NCBI GenBank assembly: GCA_001599295.1
Contig: BCGN01000001.1
Coordinates: forward strand, 496,001 to 560,000
Length of the DNA: 64,000 bases
DNA from: Sporopachydermia quercuum
Lineage: Eukaryota
Direction: 5' to 3'
In this document: in pieces, positions 58,428 through 64,000 of the stretch
How positions within the stretch are numbered: the stretch's first letter is position 1
Layout of the letters: every line of letters begins with the position of its first letter
Position numbers and translations under genes: made by a program
The notes under the pieces: generated by a model
Seen by the model: the letters and a program-made list of their open reading frames with translations, nothing else
The model's database searches: none
What the model was told of the DNA's origin: nothing

Positions 58428-60908
58428 ATGGCTGAAAGACAGGGAGACCCCACAGGGCTCCATAGCCCACGAAGAAAATCATTATCACCAGATGAGGTAA
58501 GAGAGTCCTCAGGCGGCGAAGAGACGAAATCTGGAAAAAATGGGAAGGAAAAGACCATCAGAAGAAGTTCTAGAAGGCTCGCGAAAGAAGCAATGAAACA
58601 GGAAGCTGAATCGGAGGTTGATTCTTCAGATATGAATGTTGATAGTAATCAGGATCAGGAGAGTGTGGATTCAAGCGGGGAAGAATCAAACGAGCAAGAT
58701 TTCACGTCAGATGGAGCAACTTGGAAGGAACCTGCAGTAGCTGAACAAAAACCGGGAATTACAGGATATCCTTTAGATGCTTTGCCTCCAGCTAAACTAT
58801 ATCCTAAGCCATCACGGGGAGTTAAAAATAGAGGAACTAGAGGCAGACATAGCAATAAAAGAGAAACCAATAAACAAGAAGAAAAGCCAGATTCTCATCA
58901 CGACTCAAAAGAACAAACACCTATTAGTGAAGGAATCAACACAGAGAATTCATCCAGTAGTTTATCTTCATTGGATGGCACCCCAGCATCTGATTTCGTT
59001 TCTACTGTCGATAAACTTCACACTAGGGACGCTACACTTTCATTGGCTGAAAGATTGAAGGTTGCATTAGAAACAGACGTCTCAGAAGAAATTTCAAAAC
59101 CAAGTAGTATTCGATCATCATTGAAAAGACTAGCGAAAGCTCAAGCAGAGGAAAATATCTTAAACATGAAAAACAGTATAATCACCAATGCTGAGATAGA
59201 CGGTAGAGAAACACCAAGCAGGAGAAGAAAATCCAATCAATATGAACCAGAAACTCCAAATGGTCATAATGGCCAAAGTCATAATAGTAATAGTCATAGC
59301 CAGAGTAAAACAGGGAAAAGGAAAGGTGTGAAAATATCGTCGCCTCATAGATCTCGAGATAACCCTTTTGGCTATGGCCCACCTGATGATCTGGCGAAGA
59401 AACCACGGGTAACGGCTAGTAATAATCCAGCTAATGATGAACTCACTAAAGACAATGATGACTTCTGTTCAGCTTGTGGTGAGCCTGGTATGTTTTTATG
59501 TTGTGATGCATGCCCAAAATCTTTCCATCCTGCATGTTGTGATCCTCCTTTTGATGAGGATAACTTACCGGAAGATGAGTGGTTCTGTAGAGAATGCTAT
59601 GCAAGGCGTCATCCTCCTATGCCCTATAAGAAAGGACTATTCAGCAGACTGTTAAACCAAATAGAAAGAAGAAATCCAGTTAGATTCTCCTTACCAAAGA
59701 AAGTAAAAGAACGGTTCCGTGGAGTCCATGAAGGTGAATTTGGAGAATATCAAAGTAATGACATGAAATCAACGAAGAATTTGGTATTCCAGAAAGACGA
59801 TGATCCAACTGCTAAATTATACGATAAAGATGGGAAAATGATGTTCTGTTTCAAATGTGGATTATCTGGTTTGAATAATAGACTGTTAACTAAATGTGAT
59901 TACTGTGATTTATGCTGGCACTTGGATTGTTTGAATCCTCCCTTATCAGCCGCTAAAACAATTGGAAAGAAATGGAAATGTCCTAATCATGCCGATGAAG
60001 ATTTACCAAAGAAAAGACAGCTAAGAAAACCTTTGATGGTAGAGACTATGCTGAGGCGAGGATTTAAGAATGATGGATTCATTGAGATAGAAGAAGAGGA
60101 TCCTAATGAAGATAGGAATTATCGTGATTATGTTGTTTCTGATAAACTGAAAAACAATCCTAAGATTAAAGATTGTAGGAAATCTGAAGCCAGAAGTATT
60201 GATTTACCAGCTTTCTTCGAAGCTTTTGATACTTCAACGGGTGTTTCAGCTAGAGTAAGCAAAGCTGGAGCAAAATTGTTCGATTTGGAGAATATAGTGT
60301 ATAAAGTGCCTGAGAAGACTATCAAGTTGGATTTCATTGAGTATGTCAAGAAGAACAGAATAATAAATAAGGAGCAGTTTATTAAACAGTCGGTTGATAG
60401 TTCGTTATACACTAATGAAACTATTATGGATGCTTTGGATGAATTAGCAGAAAGACCTCAATGTGATCGAGAAGCAATTAGAAATATTTGTCTTTTTTCT
60501 TATAAAGATAGTGAAACTGAGTCATCAAATAACGTATATGGTGAAAATAATACAGTTGGCGATAGTAATACTTTTAGGAAAAACTATCAAAACTCTGAAG
60601 ATGATTTTAAACAAATAGTGGAATCTATTTTGAAGATGTTTGATACCTCGGAGCAAATATCTAATAAGAAGAGGAAATTAGAAGATATTGATGCCAATGG
60701 TACTGATATTGATGAGGTAGATAGTGGCCATAGGTCTAGGAGTAATAAGAGAATTCTTATTGAGAAGAATGACAGCCCAAATGGCTTAGTAAATATTGAG
60801 ACCAATGGAGTAATCCAAGAGAAAGAATTGGAGGAATTGAAGAGTATTAAAGCTTTAATCAAAAGGAAGGGCAAAAAAGCTCTACTAGCATTTTTGGAGA
60901 GTGAATAA
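58428..60908 (+). CDS. RCO1: Rpd3S complex double-PHD-finger subunit
   Basis: PHD1 NDDFCSAC...CCDACPKSFHPAC and PHD2 CFKC...CDYCDLCWHLDCLNPP...WKCPNH; convergent with PDS5 as in S. cerevisiae. Confidence 0.9.
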   Translation: MAERQGDPTGLHSPRRKSLSPDEVRESSGGEETKSGKNGKEKTIRRSSRRLAKEAMKQEAESEVDSSDMNVDSNQDQESVDSSGEESNEQDFTSDGATWKEPAVAEQKPGITGYPLDALPPAKLYPKPSRGVKNRGTRGRHSNKRETNKQEEKPDSHHDSKEQTPISEGINTENSSSSLSSLDGTPASDFVSTVDKLHTRDATLSLAERLKVALETDVSEEISKPSSIRSSLKRLAKAQAEENILNMKNSIITNAEIDGRETPSRRRKSNQYEPETPNGHNGQSHNSNSHSQSKTGKRKGVKISSPHRSRDNPFGYGPPDDLAKKPRVTASNNPANDELTKDNDDFCSACGEPGMFLCCDACPKSFHPACCDPPFDEDNLPEDEWFCRECYARRHPPMPYKKGLFSRLLNQIERRNPVRFSLPKKVKERFRGVHEGEFGEYQSNDMKSTKNLVFQKDDDPTAKLYDKDGKMMFCFKCGLSGLNNRLLTKCDYCDLCWHLDCLNPPLSAAKTIGKKWKCPNHADEDLPKKRQLRKPLMVETMLRRGFKNDGFIEIEEEDPNEDRNYRDYVVSDKLKNNPKIKDCRKSEARSIDLPAFFEAFDTSTGVSARVSKAGAKLFDLENIVYKVPEKTIKLDFIEYVKKNRIINKEQFIKQSVDSSLYTNETIMDALDELAERPQCDREAIRNICLFSYKDSETESSNNVYGENNTVGDSNTFRKNYQNSEDDFKQIVESILKMFDTSEQISNKKRKLEDIDANGTDIDEVDSGHRSRSNKRILIEKNDSPNGLVNIETNGVIQEKELEELKSIKALIKRKGKKALLAFLESE

Positions 60909-61311
60909 AGAGAACGAATAGAAGCGAAAAAGGATGAGAGAGACAATCGGATATGTTTATAATTCTATTTTCGCGTATTTATTCATTATTAGTATATATT
61001 ATATCATAACTATAATCATAATCATAACTTATCATTAATCATAGTCACAATCTTCCTGATTTAGTAATAGCTCAATAGTTATTATAGCATAGAAGTAAAA
61101 AGAAAACATATAATATAATTATCTACTTCCAATTGATTAAACATATATAATATATAGGCTACAAACTATAAGAACTCAATTGACTATAAGTAATAACCAT
61201 AGAAACGTACAACCAGACAGGTTATACTATTATTATTATACATAAATAATACGGATATATTAATAAGCGATTATTCATACAAAATCATCCCCATTGATTC
61301 TGATTTTACTC

Positions 61312-64000
61312 TTAGCTAACTGATATATCATCATTATCGTCATCATTATTATCCTCAATTCCGCTATTATCATCACTCTCTTCCTCACTACCATCACCAT
61401 CANCATCACCATCCTCCTCGTTATCATCATATTCTAATACCTCTTTATAACTTACAACATTACGTGCTCTTCCACTAGTTCTTCTAACTACATTAGAACC
61501 ATTACTAGATAAACTTCTCTTCTTGTTCTTGTCCTTGCTACTCTTTCTTTCTTTAGAGCTCTTCTCTCTCTTTCGCTTATTTTGTTCTTGCTTCACTTTA
61601 TTCTTCACATCATCAATTGTAGAAGAAATAGTCCTCTTCTGTTCTTGAGCTTTTCTATGAACCATCGAAGCCATTCGCTCTTTAACAAAAATCACCAACT
61701 TATCCAATATCTCATTATGGATGAAAACAGTGGTAGCAATATACTTGGCCTTTTCAGATGAGTCAATCGAAGCAAATATATCTGAATACAATCTCACTTT
61801 CCCTGGCCAAGTCTGTAAAGGCCAGTTCTTAACAATATGTAGATCTTTAATAGCCAGTTGAGCCAAATCAGATATTCTATAAATATGATTAGCTCTATCA
61901 TCATCATGATCATCAACAATACCATCGCAGTATTGCTTAACTCTTTGAGCAAGATAAAATAACAACGAGATATTAGAACTATTAGCCACAACTTCCAAGA
62001 AGAATACAATGTATTCTAATGATAATGAATAAGCATTGAACAAGTTTTCATTTATTGTTTCTTCATTAGCACCATTTTCTTTACTCTGTTCATACTCTTT
62101 CAAATTTTCAATAAAATCATTATGATGAGCAATCATATGAATTAACCTTGCAAACGAATGCTCAAATACTGTTTGCTTCTCTTTAGTTAATCGTTGACTA
62201 TAAGATTGAATCCAAGTTTTTACATTTCTTTTCAACTCGACATCTGGTTCATGAGCAGCAAAGAAAATCACAGGGAAATAACGGTCAGATATTAAATTAT
62301 TGTTGATATATCTCTCGAATGTTTTTATGAATATTGATCTTACTTCGGAACATTCGTCTTGAATAATGAATAAAAGCCTGGCAAGATGCTGAGGACGAAT
62401 CATTTCATTGTAAACAGGAATTTTAGCTAGTTTCAATACTAATAACCCCGCTGTTAATCTTAAATGTGATTGATAGTGTGGTGGTGTAACACCAAACCTT
62501 GCAGGAACAATTTCTCCACCATTTCCAATCAATGATATCAATAATTTGAATACAGAAGGGGCCAATTTCTCTGCAGCTTCTGATTCACTACTAGCTCGAA
62601 GTCTATTGACAAATAAACGCAAACCAGCAATTTTTGCTTTACACTCTTGATCAAGAGAGGAAATTTCAACCCAATTGACTGATTCAGATGATTCAGACGA
62701 TGGAGAATTATCTTTTCGTTCGTTTTTCAATAATAGTTCTTTGATGATATAGTTAGTTAATTCTCCAGCATATTCTTCAATCAGTTCAGGTATAGTCAGA
62801 AACATTGTACCTAAAGCTGTTAGTTTACTTGAAAAAGCGACTACCGATTTATCAAGAGGAAAACAATTTTCGATAATTTCAGAACAATAACATTCCTTGT
62901 CGGGTAATAAACAGAGGATTTTCACTGCATGCTTAGCTTCTTTTTCATTGCCAAGCAAAGCAAACTGTTGAATTTTAGCAATGCATTCTTTTATCTCATC
63001 TTTATTCAAAGCTTGATTTTCATTAGTAGGTGAAACGATATCAGTTGTCAAGAAGTTATCAGGAAATTGTCTGGCGAATAATAAAAGAGCCTTTAGAGTA
63101 CTAGTTGTATCGTCTTTACCAGGTGTTCTGTTGATGATTAATTTGACCAAATCAACAGTATGAGTTCTGAAAACTTGAGGTAAAACACTAGAAATATTTT
63201 TGATTAACTCATTAGCAGTTTCTTGAAAAGAATCATCCTTTTGATTTGATATATGAATTATTCCTGATATATTGCTTCTATTGTAGAACAGATTGGATGC
63301 TTGATAGGTAAGTAATTGGAACACAGTGGAGATATTTTTGTTACTTTCATCGAGTCTTGAGAAGAGTTCTTTTAACGATTTGACAACTAAGGTATAATCA
63401 CTTTCAGGACTTATACAATGTTTTATCAATTTGTGAAGTCTTTTATTGTCTAATCGTAGGAAATCTGACAAAGCATCGTCGACGTTCATATCATTAGGAC
63501 AAACAAAAGCTAGGGTTTTTGATAAAAGCTTGTACTTTTTGTTTAATTCATCAATGGGTGGCTGATCCGTTAACTGTTTAGCATTCAGAGCTTCACAAGT
63601 GTCAATGAGCTGTAATATATAGTCAGCTAACTGTTTCTGTAAGGAACATGCTTTATAAAAAGCGATTTGAGCTTTAGAATCCAAGTTCTTCAATACTTTC
63701 AATAATCTATTTACTCTGGTTTCATTTGTTGTATCAAATGGTAGTAATTTTTCCCTTAAGGCTTTAGCAACTAAAGCATTGATCTGTTTATCGTTGATAT
63801 ACACCAGGTTCAATAACACTGACGGGATTTGACCCAGCAGTTGATCTAATTGATCATCACCATCATATAATTGCCAGAAAGCACCATCGTATAATTCAGC
63901 TAAAACCTCAATGGCAGCATTTCTTACTAGTAAACTTCTATCTCTCGTTAAAGCTTGAATATTTGAGATTAATTCTTTACTGCGTATTTTGTTAACAATC
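61312..64000 (-). CDS. PDS5: Cohesin-associated HEAT-repeat protein, 5'-partial
   Basis: The frame is open from the window end. Motifs EAKHAVKI, SHLRLTAGLLVLKLA, ARLIHMIAHHNDF, NISLLFYLAQRVKQ and LQTWPGK. Confidence 0.93.
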   Translation of the reverse strand, partial: IVNKIRSKELISNIQALTRDRSLLVRNAAIEVLAELYDGAFWQLYDGDDQLDQLLGQIPSVLLNLVYINDKQINALVAKALREKLLPFDTTNETRVNRLLKVLKNLDSKAQIAFYKACSLQKQLADYILQLIDTCEALNAKQLTDQPPIDELNKKYKLLSKTLAFVCPNDMNVDDALSDFLRLDNKRLHKLIKHCISPESDYTLVVKSLKELFSRLDESNKNISTVFQLLTYQASNLFYNRSNISGIIHISNQKDDSFQETANELIKNISSVLPQVFRTHTVDLVKLIINRTPGKDDTTSTLKALLLFARQFPDNFLTTDIVSPTNENQALNKDEIKECIAKIQQFALLGNEKEAKHAVKILCLLPDKECYCSEIIENCFPLDKSVVAFSSKLTALGTMFLTIPELIEEYAGELTNYIIKELLLKNERKDNSPSSESSESVNWVEISSLDQECKAKIAGLRLFVNRLRASSESEAAEKLAPSVFKLLISLIGNGGEIVPARFGVTPPHYQSHLRLTAGLLVLKLAKIPVYNEMIRPQHLARLLFIIQDECSEVRSIFIKTFERYINNNLISDRYFPVIFFAAHEPDVELKRNVKTWIQSYSQRLTKEKQTVFEHSFARLIHMIAHHNDFIENLKEYEQSKENGANEETINENLFNAYSLSLEYIVFFLEVVANSSNISLLFYLAQRVKQYCDGIVDDHDDDRANHIYRISDLAQLAIKDLHIVKNWPLQTWPGKVRLYSDIFASIDSSEKAKYIATTVFIHNEILDKLVIFVKERMASMVHRKAQEQKRTISSTIDDVKNKVKQEQNKRKREKSSKERKSSKDKNKKRSLSSNGSNVVRRTSGRARNVVSYKEVLEYDDNEEDGDXDGDGSEEESDDNSGIEDNNDDDNDDISVS

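Overview
AT-rich nuclear DNA from a budding yeast (Saccharomycotina, not S. cerevisiae). It uses the standard code: CTG sits at conserved Leu positions. The window holds about 28 protein-coding genes, mostly conserved housekeeping genes, and 10 of them carry short spliceosomal introns that the ORF track splits or misses; I reconstructed 13 introns by hand. Genes in order: RSM26 (partial), AIM25, a disrupted CHERP-like CID gene, UCH37-like, PBI2-like, APL4, DUT1, ARG1, SIT4, THP1-like, a Lys-rich orphan, CYSTM, a PlsB-type acyltransferase, ECM13-like, DUF1/WDR48, RIB7, RPB5, MFAP1/SPP381, ATG42/CPY-like, PFY1, TFA1, CTP1, BSD2, SNF5, ARG7, Cdb4/EBP1, RCO1 and PDS5 (partial). I found no tRNA, rRNA, transposon or CRISPR. 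The most notable observation is a still fully alignable CHERP/SCAF6-like splicing-factor gene (2575-3934) with four premature stops, three of them at conserved positions, plus a 1-nt frameshift. Other points are a candidate spliced uORF or N-terminal extension on ARG1, a hidden four-exon I9 protease-inhibitor gene, and deeply conserved microsynteny with S. cerevisiae. Family assignments rest on recalled motifs, not database searches.
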